A DNA stretch of 64,000 nt. Source: Octopus vulgaris. Lineage: Eukaryota. The stretch is taken from NCBI GenBank assembly GCA_951406725.2, contig OX597819.1, positions 97,774,001 through 97,838,000 on the forward strand, read 5' to 3'. Below, piece by piece: positions 41,571 to 55,315 of the stretch. Below the pieces are notes generated by a model that ran no database searches, was not told where the DNA came from, and saw nothing but the letters and a program-made list of their open reading frames with translations. Each line of letters begins with the position of its first letter. Position 1 is the first letter of the stretch. Both the position numbers and the translations under genes were made by a program.

Positions 41571-42558
41571 CGAAATCTTTTTTTCACGAGAGTTCCGGAT
41601 CCCAGTAGTGAACTCATTTGCATATAACCGATCAGAGCAGAGCCACCTTTATCCTTTCTTCCTTTCTAGTCAGCACCGTGCATTCTTTATTCTTTCCCTC
41701 TCTACTGGCAGACAGCAACTTCTCCATCTAAGTTAATGCTTGTTTCTTTTTGTCATTGAGCATTGAGATGACTGAGATGTACTAAAAATAACAGCTAAAT
41801 AAAATTTTTTTCATATATCTTTTGAATTAAAATTTATTTGCCAACATCTCGCTCAGAGATTTAAAACTGTTTTACTCTTTTAAATGAACAAACATTTATT
41901 TAGATGAAAGAAAATTACCCGATAACTTTCATGTAACTCTTCTAAATCTTTCTCTTAAAAATTGTAATGTGTTTATCGCATGCAACGTGTTGATTATCGC
42001 ATTTGCATTAAACACTGATGGTTGTAAGGTGTGCTAAAAATTACAGCTAAATAAAATTTATTTACATGAAATAAAATTACCAGAGATATAACATGTTGTT
42101 TACAAATATTCTTTTCTACTCAAGGCACAAGGACAGAAAAATTTTGGGGTGTAGGGGGACCAGTCAATTAGATCAAGCCCAGTACGCAGCTGATACTTAA
42201 ATTTATCGATCCCGAAAGGATGAAAGGCAAAGTCGACCTCGGCGGAGTGCAATTTTCAGAATATTGACAACAGTATATTTATAAAAGCTTCAAGCAGTTT
42301 CCGCACTTTCATTTTTGTCCAAAACATTATCTTTAATTGGTATAGTAATTCAAACCTACCGCTACCAAGCGTATGTGTTCAGTATCCATGATATTGGCAT
42401 CTGAATGAGAGCACATTACAAAATTCGCATCGAATCGGAGGTCGCCATTTTGAATGCCAACGTTTGTTAACTTAACAAGGCGAAGGTGTGAGCTCTGATT
42501 GGCTGTACGCAAATGAGTACTTTATTGGAGTCCAGAACTCTCGTGGGAAAAAATTTCG
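41571..42558. mobile_element. ~1-kb non-autonomous DNA transposon with ~78-bp imperfect inverted ends; Meta-SINE fragment nested at 42108-42246(-)
   Basis: cgaaatctttttttcacgagagttccggatcccagtagtgaactcatttgcatataaccgatcagagc..cacctt vs reverse complement of 42483-42558. Confidence 0.7.
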
Positions 42559-43059
42559 TTGATTAAAGACGACCATGCAGTTTCACATATAAATGCAGAC
42601 CTCGGCAAGACTGTTTGTGGAAGTTTAACAGTTGTTTATACATGCATGTCTTGCATCTTCACAACACTGTTGCATATCCAAGAGAAAAGCCCCAACTTTG
42701 ATTAATATAGACTGCCACCAGTGTTCACATCGGTATTACAGTCAGTGTACAAAGACCCACAACAGATACCACACGTTCTCAGAGTTCCATCCATCGACTG
42801 TCCTGGATCTGATCGACTTCGAAAGGAAGAAAAGTAGAGTTGACTTCAGCAGGATTTGAACACAGGGTTAGAATAACCCTGAGGGTTAGAATAAATGCTG
42901 TCAGACATTTTATGCAACACTTTAATGGCTCTACCATTTCTCCTCCACAGGCTTGGCTGTGTGGTTGAGAAGATGGCTTCTCAACCATATGGTCTTGGGT
43001 TCAGTCCCACTGCGAGACATCATGGGCAGACGTCTTCTATTATATATAGCCTCGGGTCA

Positions 43060-43131
<72 letters not shown>

Positions 43132-44966
43132 CACACACACACACACAACACGTATATCTTGTGTGGACAGTTAGATGTAGGACTGCTACTGTATGAGTTA
43201 GAGATCCACGTAGATTATCATTATCCAGTCTGCTTCCACTATAACAGTTACTCGATCACTGCACTTAGCAGTGTTACTAGTTATGATATACAGACCTTAT
43301 ACAGTGGAAATTGAGATTAAAACCAGTATAAAAGTATTCCCCTGATGATCCGATGCAGTTAGGCATCTCGTAAATGCACATGTAACATCCAATGCTGAAT
43401 TTCAAATAACTGCAATGGTGAAACGTACGTAGGAACTAAATATCTATATTAGTGTTTATCTTTACTTCCACTATATGTACATATAGTATAAATCTGTGTG
43501 TGTGTGTGTTTATGTTCTGTTTGTCGTCCATCACCATCACCATCACCATCACCGCTTCATAACCGGCGTTGATTTGTTTACGTCCTCGCAAATTCGCAGT
43601 CCGGCAGAAGAGACCGATAGAATAAGCACGAGATATAGAAAATAAGTATTGTGGTCGATGTGTACGAGTGAAACACTCGAGGCAGTGACTCACGATGGCC
43701 ACACTCCAGTGTCTGAAACAAGAAAATGCAAAAAAATATACAGCTACATCACAAAAATAAATGGGCTAGTCACGGCTGGAATGCTTTTGACCATAGGTTT
43801 GCTCAATCACAGCGGCAGAACTGGAATTAACAACAATAAGCCTCAAGTGGTTGTTTAACTCCTGGGCAGTCCTGATTGAACAGTTCTGTTGCAAAAGATA
43901 TTCCAGCCGAGACAATCACATCTTTTTCTCGGACAACGTATCATGAAATACACTACTCAACGTGTCCTTGGATTCTTAAGATGATAGGTATTATTCTAGG
44001 GGGTTTTGCTCACTATTTCTAGCAGGTCACACACATACGCACACACATTGATACTGACACGAACATGACTCAAAACCAGACAAAATGTAGACGTGAGTAT
44101 CAAGCGACGCATTACCTCACCCACCACCATCATCATCACCACTACCAGCAGTGAAAAGGACCGGAAATTCAGTGGACTTATGGAGAGGAAAATATGATAT
44201 ATGAGGATTAGCTTTGCAAACATACAGGATGAAGGAGAAGAAGGAGTGGAGGGTGAGAGAGTAGGGAGGGGAGTAGGAGAAGAAAGAAAACGGAGAAGGG
44301 AGATAATCCATAAAGCCAATCCGGAAAGACTTATTGATAAAGGTGAAGAGCATATGTCAACTGTGTCCCTGCTCTCCCACCCATCATCACTACTTGAAGG
44401 GTGTTGTTAGTTCGCTCCCACTTATCGGCGATGTTGTAGTCGACAGGGAGGGCCGAGAGGGATAGTGTTGTATGCTTGCTACAAATGATGTGGTTGATGA
44501 TGACGACAACAAAAACGACGACGACAACGGTGATGATGATGGCCATGATGATAACGATGATGCTGATAACGATGATGATGATAACGATGATGAGGATAAC
44601 GATGATAATGATGATGGTGATGATGATGACTGTGATTATGATGAGAATGATGATAATGGATCATCGACGTGGTCGTTATCATCATCATTAGCAGCAGCAG
44701 CATGGGGTCATTGTCATTGTCTTCTTGGGGAGGAGGGGTCATCGTTGTCATCATCATCATCGTCATCATTCTACATCCATTCATACACAACACAACAATT
44801 CTATACACAATATGCATAATTTAGGCACGTATACGCACGCGCGCGCAACACACGCATACACCACCATATACATCATTAATATACAGGCACAACAGATGCA
44901 TACACATACACACATATACACAAAGTTTGTCCACCCCCTACGCACAAAACCACACATATGTATGTA

Positions 44967-44998
<32 letters not shown>

Positions 44999-45686
44999 AA
45001 AGTCACATCATTGTTCAATATTATCCCATTTTCCAGTTGGCTGCAGTTATCAAGCCGTCAGCCAGGCGTGACGTCACAGTCATGTGATACCCTGTCATGC
45101 ACACTAAACCGAAAACTGTACTCAACACACTCACACACACGCACACACAAGCACCCACACCTCGAACCTAAGTCACCCACCTAAAAATCTTTTCAACAAA
45201 CTTAATAACTGGTTACAGACATGCGCATATGCTATGTCTTTGTTTCTCTTTGGTTACAAACATGTTCATATGCAAATCATCGTTAATGTTTATTTTGGAA
45301 AAGTGAAACACGTGGGAATATTCGTGATAATACGTATTTCACACATGCATGCACGCGCATGCACACGTATACGTTCGATATATAAACATGAAGCCAATGA
45401 ACAAAGTAACTTCGAAGTCACTGGCATTCGTTTCCTTGCGAAATTAAATGCTATACTCTTAAATATTGAATAATTCCTCATTTAATGTTGAATGATTTTA
45501 TGTGTAACTAAACGTAAAATTAAACACGTACACACCATACACCTATATATAAGTATTTTCTATATGCATAAAGATATGAATATCTCTCCCTCTCCTTCTC
45601 TCTCTCTCTCTCTCTGCATATATGTGTATGTGTGTGTATATGTATATACATGTATTTATATTTGCATGCATGTATATATGTATATA

Positions 45687-45731
<45 letters not shown>

Positions 45732-45734
45732 GTA

Positions 45735-45768
<34 letters not shown>

Positions 45769-45798
45769 CATATACATACACACATACACACATACATA

Positions 45799-45845
<47 letters not shown>

Positions 45846-45961
45846 TATGTATATATTTTTTTTTATTTTATATTTCAAACAAGCACCATTTTCCTATATT
45901 ACTTTATATTTAACAAAAAACAAACTACCATTCGATAAATTACACAAATTTCACATTTTAT

Positions 45962-46051
45962 ATCTGTGAAGAGCAGAAGAGTTGTCTATAAATGCTTATC
46001 AATATAGGATTCCACTATAAGAACAACACTTCTGCGAAACGATCGTAAGAT
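45962..46051 (+). ncRNA. Hammerhead-ribozyme motif with a C3G core substitution (probably inactive)
   Basis: AUCU-GUGAAGA-GCAGAAG...CUUCUGC-GAAA-CGAUCG-UA-AGAU; perfect stem I and base of stem II, palindromic stem III. Confidence 0.65.
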
Positions 46052-46579
46052 GCTTTAAAAACTTAATTCGAAACTTTTAAAATGTCATTATTATATATTT
46101 ATACATATACAGAGAGTCAGAACTATTGAAAAGGCTGCAAGACGCAACGAAAATTTTAGGAAAATAAAAACAAGAAATAAGTGGACATTTTACCAGTGAG
46201 TGTGTTAAATTATAAGACACAAAAAGAAAATGACTCTCCCCAGACACAACAGACGAACTCATATAAAGAATCTTACAACACATGAACTCTTATAAAGAAT
46301 CTTGCAAACCAAATCCCAAAACGAAATATACATATACATATTTACATATATTTATATTTTTAATACGACAATTATTTTACACACGTATATATCTATCTGA
46401 AGAATTTTCTAATATTGATTTTTTGATATTAATAATAATATATTATATAAAATATATATAATCGGCCGTATTAAATACATAAATATTTTAATAGTATTAA
46501 TATTTTAATACAATAGAGCACTCAATATAAATTCAGTATATAATATTCTCATTGAATATATTTAACTAAAGATATATAT

Positions 46580-46617
<38 letters not shown>

Positions 46618-46620
<3 letters not shown>

Positions 46621-47955
46621 GGTGTTACAAAAAAATCAATATCATTTGAGATGTAAATACCACAGAAGCTACATAGTCAAAGCAAATGAAACTAAACAAG
46701 CTTAATGCTGAGCAACATAAGATTTATTCCTCCAAATTTGAGTGAGAATTCAAAGATATGTGGATACCATGAACGATTTCTTGGAGATGACGCAGAACAC
46801 ATTCACTATTGGTGAGTCCTTCTCATGCTCAACTGTGGCATAGGGATTTTCTTTCCTCGAAATGCGAACATTATGCTTATTGACTTTGCCATTCGTATGA
46901 AATGTGGCCTCATCACTGAAAACAATGTGTTCCTTGCACTCGGCTTCTTCAGGTTTCTCTTGCCTCTCAACACAGAATTGTTTGCGCTTTCGCTTGTCAT
47001 CTGCTTTAGCGTTCTCTTAAACATGATCAGAATATTTGTGACTTTTCAGTCCTGCTAGAGACCTACATTCTTTTGTATAGAAAACGCAAAACAGATGATT
47101 CTTGCAGAAGGTGTACAGAGATCTTACCATCTACGTTGCCACATTTCTTATACTGTCACGGAATTTTTCATTTAGTGTTTTGCGGTTTTTAGCTACAGTT
47201 AACCATTGTATGCGACCCATAATAGAGATGTTAAAAAATGAAACAATGCCTGTGCCGGAAGCTTTTTAATGTGAGGAAAGGTCTTGCACAAAGCCAACCC
47301 CACTCTCTAAACAACGTATGTATTTGTTCAAAAAGAAGAACTAAACTACATCATTGGATGCAAGCGAAGTCGCAGGGCTTTTCCTCTCGTGGAGAGATGT
47401 CATCAGAGCTTTTCCTCTCGTAGGGAAGTGTCAAAACAAAGATGAGGAGTCCCTCACTCCCAGCTGTTGGATGACCGTTAACGAGTTCATCTGTGAGACA
47501 TATATGTATGCGTGTGTCCGTGTGTCCTTGATATGACTTTAAACTGCATACGGTAGTAGGATCCTAGCGTTTCTTGAGGTCGCACCAATCTATCATTGGA
47601 GGAATCTGGGTTTCTAAACTTGTACTTCTTATGGACTTCTTGGGGATTCGCGAGATTTTTCGGCGAACCCGCTCGAACGTCTCTTACGATGTTATGGTCG
47701 TCCAGATCCTTTTGCCCTGCACAGACAGATTCCTCTTTGAATTTTTTGTGCCATGTCCAAATCTGCATTACCATTGGTGACTTTTTAGAGAATTCTCTCA
47801 CAAATGCACGCTGCACAGTTTTGTTCGACTATGTTCGAGCATACTCCAAAACACAAAACATATTTTCTCTTCCAATAAATGCCATTTATATACCTGAAAA
47901 GATAAACATATCAAACCTTAAATATAAAATTTTGATCTGTTTCTACACATGCTGT
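46618..47955 (-). mobile_element. Decayed Tc1/mariner-superfamily element (HTH N-terminus plus first catalytic Asp) interrupted by a captured 560-bp segment
   Basis: Minus: VLEYART.SNKTVQRAFVREFSKKSP..QIWTWHKKFKEE and WCDLKKR (47570-47850); LKADDKRKRKQFC...IVFSDEATFHTNGKVNKHNVRI (46850-47005); degenerate TIR cagggtgttacaaaaaaatcaa after TA. Confidence 0.75.
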
Positions 47956-48040
47956 TAAAATTTGAAGTTATATGAACTAGAAGTGGCAAAGTTATAAGAT
48001 TGTGTGTGTGTTTATATACATACATAAATATGTATGTATT

Positions 48041-48454
48041 GGAGTGGCTGTGTGGTAAGTAGCTTGCTAACCAACCACATGGTTCCGGGTTCAGTCCCAC
48101 TGCGTGGCATCTTGGGCAAGTGTCTTCTGCTATAGCCCCGGGCCGACCAATGCCTTGTGAGTGGATTTGGTAGACGGAAACTGAAAGAAGCCTGTCGTAT
48201 ATATGTATGTATATATATATGTGTGTGTGTATGTGTGTGTGTGTTTGTCCCCCTAGCATTGCTTGACAACCGATGCTGGTGTGTTTACGTCCCCGTTACT
48301 TAGCGGTTCGGCAAAAAAGAGACCGATAGAATAAGTACTGGGCTTACAAAGAATAAGTCCCGGGGTCGATTTGCTCGACTAAAGGCGGTGCTCCAGCATG
48401 GCCGCAGTCAAATGACTGAAACAAGTAAAAGAGTAAAGAGTAAAGAGTAAGAGT
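48041..48454 (+). mobile_element. CORE-like SINE family A, full length, young
   Basis: Same sequence as 25567 copy; (gagtaaa)n tail. Confidence 0.9.
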
Positions 48455-48898
48455 ATAAACAATATTGAACATACATACTCAAGGTAAGTTTTGCTACTTC
48501 GTGGATAGGCTGCGCTTATAGGCGTAAGAGAATATATTCTCATCAATGCCCCTGGTGTTAAAACACCTGGAAATCACAGACAAACGAGATAACTACTATC
48601 AGGTCCCATTCAGGAGCGAAAGACATCGATGTTTCGTCATTTTCATGATTTGTCAATACCGTGTACCCGAACGTGGCCAGATGCAAGCTAAATCCCTGTC
48701 TGTGACTATATGCAAAATGGTGTAAGAACCATCTAGTAATATGTCCTAACGTTTCATACTACAGAAAAAATTCAAATATAAATTAGATGCAGCTCGACGG
48801 ATATAAGCAATATCGAACACGCATACATAAGGTATGTGTTTTCCTAGTTCGTGGGTAGGCTGCGCTTATAGGCGTAAGAGATTATATTCTCGTCAATG
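48454..48898. repeat. ~348-bp unit bounded by ~95-bp direct repeats
   Basis: ...ttcgtgg(a/g)taggctgcgcttataggcgtaagag.(a/t)tatattctc.tcaatg at 48454-48548 and 48802-48898. Confidence 0.75.
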
Positions 48899-49265
48899 TC
48901 ACTGTCTATGCTGTATCTAATTTTCAAACTTCTTTTTACCCTTAAATTCAGTCCTGCATTCTCAGAACTTCAAGCCCCTGGAATTCCGTTCCTGCACACA
49001 CGTTTTCCCTGCAGCTGACACAGTCTGTCATGGTGGTGGTGGTGGTGATGGCGGTGTTACCAAAGTCATTGCCACTGCTCCGCCCTCTAGAACAATGTAA
49101 TAAAGGAAATATAATCATATGTGTATGTGTGTATATGTGTATGTGTATTTGTGTATATGTTATCGTTTGACCTTCAGTGAGGCAATGAAGCGTATTTGTG
49201 CGCGTGTATATGTGTGTGCATATTTATGCGTCAATGTATCTGTGTGTGAGTGCGTGTGTGTGTTT

Positions 49266-49314
<49 letters not shown>

Positions 49315-49689
49315 GTGGAGTATCACAGATGACTGCACCCAGCGTCTCATATATTCACAAGTGCAACTATGTGTGTATAACGATTTAAAATGTCAGTTGA
49401 CACATATACCCTCGGGTATCACGTGTTGTGGTGCGGTGGGTGCACGACCATATGGGTGTTCAGGTGGTTGTAGTGGTGATGATGCTGCTGTATGCTCTAT
49501 GTGTGGTGTGTGTGTGTATGGCATGTATTTCCTGCGTGTGTGTATGTAGCGATGTTGGGTGTGTACTCTGTGCGCGTGTATTTCGTGGTGTGTAAAGTGT
49601 GATGTGTTATGTTGGTGGGTTGTGTATTTGTTGTGTTAGCATGTATGTATGTATGTATATATGTACATATATATATGTATTTCTATATG

Positions 49690-49771
<82 letters not shown>

Positions 49772-49844
49772 TGTGTGTGCATGTGTCCAAGCATATGTCT
49801 GTTGTCCTTGTTTGCAATATGTGCACATATGTGTACATAGGCTA

Positions 49845-50228
49845 GTAGTGGTTGTGTGATAAGTAGCTTGCTTACCAACCACAAGGTTTCGGGTTCATTC
49901 CCACTGTGTGGTACCTTAGGCAAGTGTCTTCTACTATAGCCCCAGGCCGACCAAAGGCTTGTGAGTGGATTTGGTTGACGGAAACTGAAAGATGCCCGTT
50001 GTATATATGTATATATACATATGTATGCTCCTGTGTCTGTGTTTGTCCTCCCAACATCGCTTGACAACAGATGGTGGTGTGTTTACGTCCCCGTAACTTA
50101 GCGGTTCGGCAAAAGAGACCGATATAGTAAGTACTAGGCTGGCTTCCAAAGAATAAGTCCTGGGGTCGAATTGCTCGACTAAAGGCGGTGCTCCAGCATG
50201 GCCGCAGTCAAATGACTGAAAAGAGTAA
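49845..50228 (+). mobile_element. CORE-like SINE family A, full length (older subfamily)
   Basis: Head, accttaggcaagt core, internal microsatellite, ccagcatggccgcagtcaaatgactgaa tail. Confidence 0.85.
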
Positions 50229-50591
50229 TATGTATTTGTGTACTTGCGATATAAACGCTTTCGATTCCCGGTTAGATTCGCATTTCCTTACTTCTAAACT
50301 GTTTCTATGCCTTGATGTAGCCAGCACCTTAAAGTGAAATGATTACTTCAAAATATCTCGATCTATATAGACAAGACATCCTGGTTCATATACACAAGAG
50401 ATGTATATACATTTGATGGAGACAATGATTTTGCTAAATGTCCACCGATACAACAGTGAATATATAATATTTGGGTTACATCTGGTACATCTGGTATATC
50501 TGTTATATCTGTTATATACTTTTTATAGATACATAGATATATCTCACGTTTACATCCATTACACATACACACACATACCTTTATGCGTGTG

Positions 50592-50661
<70 letters not shown>

Positions 50662-50955
50662 GGCCCATGGCTTTGTGGTTACGGTGTTGCACTCACGATT
50701 GCGAGATCGTGGGTTCGATTCCCAGGCCGGGTGTTGCGTTGAGTTCTTGAGGAAAGCACTTCATTTAACGTTGCTCTTTGATCATTTTGATATCTGACAT
50801 GTGGCACTCGTTGCACCTGTACAGGTAATGTCGATCTGATGGAAGGAGTGGGTTTATGTTTACACAAACATTTGATCACTATGAACAAATCATCGTTCTA
50901 TAAGAAATTGTTCACCGCTCAAACGTCGTCTAACGACGAGAGAGTCCATCAGATG

Positions 50956-51023
<68 letters not shown>

Positions 51024-51262
51024 GCTGCGAGGGATATATAATCCTAGCGTGTACCGTACTCGCTCTTATCAGTTAACAATGCTGTGAATGTAGAACTCCA
51101 TTTAGTTAAATTTACTCTAGCCGGTTGATACTCACTTCAGTAAATCCAAATATATAAAAATTTGCATACATGCATACATGTAAACGCATATGTAGATAGA
51201 AACACACACACAGACACACACACATACACACACATACATACATACATACATACATACATACA

Positions 51263-51296
<34 letters not shown>

Positions 51297-51299
<3 letters not shown>

Positions 51300-51825
51300 A
51301 CAGCTCGACCTCGAGCAATGCCATCGCTTTAGCGTTCTCTTAAACATGATCAGAATATTTGTGACGTTTCAGTCCTGCTAGAGACCTACATTCTTTTGTA
51401 TAGAAAACGCAAAACAGATGATTCTTGCAGAAGTTGTGCAGAGATCTTACCATCTACGTTGCCACATTTCTTATACTGTCACGGAATTTTTCAGTTAGTG
51501 TTTTGCGTTTTTTAGCTACAGTTAGCCATGGTATACGACCCATAATAGAGATGTTAAAAAATGAAACAATGCCTGTGCCGGAAGCTTTTTAATGAGAGGA
51601 AAGGTCTTGCACAAAGCCAACCCCACTCCCTAAACAACGTATGTATTTGTTCAAAAAGAAGAACTACACTACATCATTGGATGCAAGCGAAGTCGCAGGG
51701 CTTTTCCTCTCGTGGAGAGATGTCATCAGAGCTTTTCCTCTCGCAGGGAAATGTCAAAACAAGGTGAGGGGTCTCTCACTCTCAGCTGTTGGATGACCGT
51801 TGACGAGTTCATCTGTGAGACATAT
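51297..51825 (-). mobile_element. Bipartite RTE-derived non-autonomous retroelement (5' UTR and ORF start fused to C-terminal zinc finger and 3' end)
   Basis: Minus: MGR...KKRKTL, NVAT*MVRSL (decayed ATWNVRSL endonuclease start) joined within ~30 bp to CVFYTKECRSLAGLKRHKYSDH (RTE-type C2H2 finger); microsatellite tail. Confidence 0.6.
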
Positions 51826-51826
51826 A

Positions 51827-51936
<110 letters not shown>

Positions 51937-52314
51937 TATGTGTCCTGGATATGACTTTAAACTGCATGCGGTTGTGGGATCCTGGCTCAGGTGTTCCAGA
52001 GTTTTGAGGAGTGTGAAACCATCACTTAGCCACTATTGTTTCCAGGTCAGATGTACTCTGACCTGGAGAAGTAGAACCTGTAAGGGGCCCAGGTACAGGT
52101 TAATTAGTGTGTCACGTTATTGACCCCAGAAGAAGGTTACTCACAGATACCCAACGGACTTAGAGTAGATAAAGCCCTTCAACTTTTTAGCTGCTCATCT
52201 AATAGAAGGTAACTCCTTACAAATCTTGCATCGCCAATCATTTTGCATCACCAAGCATTTTTCCCGGCATGTTAACGATCCTGCCAGCTGATAAAAATAT
52301 TAATAATAATAATG

Positions 52315-52384
<70 letters not shown>

Positions 52385-52411
52385 CAACAATAATAATAAT
52401 AATGATAATAA

Positions 52412-52578
52412 TCCTTTCTACTGGAGTCACAAGGCCTGAAATTTGTGAGGTGGGGACTAGTCGATTATATCGACCCCAGTATTTCACCGGTACTTAATTT
52501 ATCAACCCTGAAAGGATGAAAAGCAAAGTCGACCTTGGCAGAATTTGAACTCAGAACGCAGCGACAGGTGAAATACTG
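52412..52578 (-). mobile_element. Meta-domain SINE, tail variant B, ending in a long (ATT)n tract (52300-52411)
   Basis: Minus: gagttcaaattctgcc...cttttcatcctttcagggttgataaattaagtacc...aggccttgtgactccagtagaaagg(att)n. Confidence 0.8.
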
Positions 52579-52581
52579 CTT

Positions 52582-53096
52582 CTGATCTCAACTGATTGTA
52601 AGTGTTATCATTTACATTGTTTTGTCTTGGTATAAAAGATGGGCTACAGCAAATATTCTGCTCAATACCACAGATTTGCTTGTCAGTTGTTTGACCTTAA
52701 CCAGTTGAGCATGTCCTTAGGTGGTTGACGAACCTTGCATCTCTTTAGAATGTAGATATGTGCATCTCGAGTAGAAGTACTGGGGGAGCATCATAGCCAT
52801 TTGTTGAGAGGAATTCTTTGGAGTTGAATAATTCACCTCTGGTAACATGGGTGTTTCGTTCAACATCCTTAAACAATCCTTATTCAAGTACCATTTGAGC
52901 GGGATGGGCTTCTCGACTTGAAGAAAATTCTAAGAGGACCCTCCACCTGTAAGGTCATGCGCTGTTTATCTTCATATGAAATCACCATGTCATGTGCCTG
53001 ATGTACTTTTATCAGACGGGTCGTCATGATGGGTATACTGGGCTTCGTATATTTTACCCCCGTGTCACTTTGATGGCATGCGCTGCTCTCTCACTC
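52582..53096 (+). mobile_element. Non-coding retroelement 3' region ending in (AAT)n; family not assigned
   Basis: Complex non-ORF sequence ending ...gctgctctctcactc directly into (AAT)n; single copy in this window. Confidence 0.4.
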
Positions 53097-53112
53097 AATA
53101 ATAATAATAATG

Positions 53113-53172
<60 letters not shown>

Positions 53173-55241
53173 GGCTGTAAAGACCAACTACTCATCAATA
53201 AGATGATCTTAGAAGATTGTTCAGGAAATGCCTGAAAATGTATAAGATAGCACCTACTCTGCGAAACTTCTTGATTGTAAGTATGAGATCATGGAGACCC
53301 ACACTAACTCTGAACAGTGACAATGAATCCCTAAATGCTGGTGATGTAAAAATTTCGTGTGGCATTTTCCAGGGTGACTCACTGTCACCACTCCTCTTTT
53401 GTTTATCCTTAATACCTCTCTCAAAGCTGCTCGATGACGCGCAGTACGGGTATAAAATGTTTGATAAAAATATAAATCATCTTATTTACATGGATGATTT
53501 AAAGCTTTTTGCAAAAAATGACCAACAACTCAAAGGCTTACTAGCGATAGTCAAACAATTCAGTGACGACATCAGAATGCAATTCGGCCTCGATAAATGT
53601 GCAAAAGCTACCTTTATCAAAGGAAAAATGACAGAAACATCTAACGTTAACCTTGACCAGCAGAATGTCATAAAAGAACTAGACCCAGCGGAGAGCTACA
53701 AGTATCTAGGGGTAATTGAAGGGAACGGAATAAGGCATTCAGAGATGAAGGAAAGGTTCAGGAGAGAATGCTATCGAAGAGTGAGAGCAATACTCAAGAC
53801 AGAGCTGAATGCAAGAAACAGGATCGAAGCGATCAATGCATTAGCCATACCAGTCGTGACTTACAGTTTCAATATTGTTAACTGGTCAATTACTGAAATA
53901 TGTCAGCTCGACAGAAAAATAAGGAAACTGTTGACTATGCATAGAATGCACCACCCTAAGGCAGATACAGAACGACTCTATCTGCCAAGAAAAGAAGGAG
54001 GCCGTGGTCTTTTGCAACTGGCAATAACAATGAAGATTACTACAATTGGCCTAGACACCTACCTGAAAAACTCTGAGGACTGGATGTTAAAACTTGTCTC
54101 AAAACATGAAAACAAGAAAGCATCATACTCAGTCACAAAACAGGCAAAGGAATATCTAAGTGAATTCCGAATACAACCAATTTCGGAATTAGAGATAGAC
54201 ATACAAGAAACAAGCACAGAAAAAGCTAGGCGCATGAAAACCCGTGCCAAAACTGCGGCCTTAGATATTCTGAATAATAAATGGCAAGAAAAACCTCTCT
54301 ATGGCAAATACCCAAAGAGAGCGAATAATTCAGATATTGACAAAGCCCTGACCCATCAATGGCTAATGGCCTCTGGCTTAAAATCTGAAACAGAGGGGTT
54401 TATCATAGCAGATCAAGATCAATGCCTACCAACAAGAAACTACCAGGCCAACATATTAAAGAACGGCAGTAGCCCAACATGTCGTGTATGCCGACAACAA
54501 AATGAAACTATTGATCATGTTGTCTCCAAATGCAGTCTTCTAGCGCCTACAGAGTACCTCAACAGGCATGATAGAGCTGCACAATATATTCACTGGGTAA
54601 TTTGCAAAAACCTGGATTTGCCCCATGAAAAAAACTGGTGGGAACACAATCCACCTCCAGTGCTTGAAAATGACCACATCTCACTCCTCTGTCACTTCAC
54701 CATTCAAACTGACAGGAAGATAGATGCAAATAGGCCAGACATCACATTGAAAGACTTCAGACAAAGAACATGCCTCCTCAATTGATATGACTGTCCCAAT
54801 CGATATAAACGTATCTGTCAAGACCTACCAAAAACTGAGCAAATATAAAGATCTTGAAATAGAAATCAGCAAAATGTGGAAGCTGAAGACTAAAACAATA
54901 CCTGTTGTCATAGGTGCCCTGGGAATGATAGTGAAAGGGACTGATTGCTACCTAACTCAGATACCAGGAAACCCCAAAATGGCAGAAATTCAAAAGATAG
55001 TGCTCATGGGAACTGCTCATATCCTACGCAAAATACTCTCTATGTAATCCCAAGGTTTAAAACAAACTTTTTTTTATTTATTTATTTATTTTATTTTATT
55101 TTTATGTATTAGACATTCACTAGTACAACACCAAAAAAAAAAACCCTAAATATATGGCACAGAACTTCCAACCTGTTGTCTCTTGAGGTCTCTGGGTGAG
55201 ACTTGGAACCAACTTTTACAGACATAAAGCAAAAGTCAAAC

Positions 55242-55243
<2 letters not shown>
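53173..55243 (+). mobile_element. R4/Dong-clade non-LTR retrotransposon (RT + CCHC finger + restriction-like endonuclease), 5'-truncated, inside (AAT)n
   Basis: GIFQGDSLSPLLF, YMDDLKL, YKYLG, CRVC..ETIDHVVSKC, RHD, RPDI, KYKDL, LMGTAHILRKIL; +1 frameshift at ~54780; (AAT)n at 53097-53172 and 55244-55314. Confidence 0.93.
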
Positions 55244-55315
<72 letters not shown>

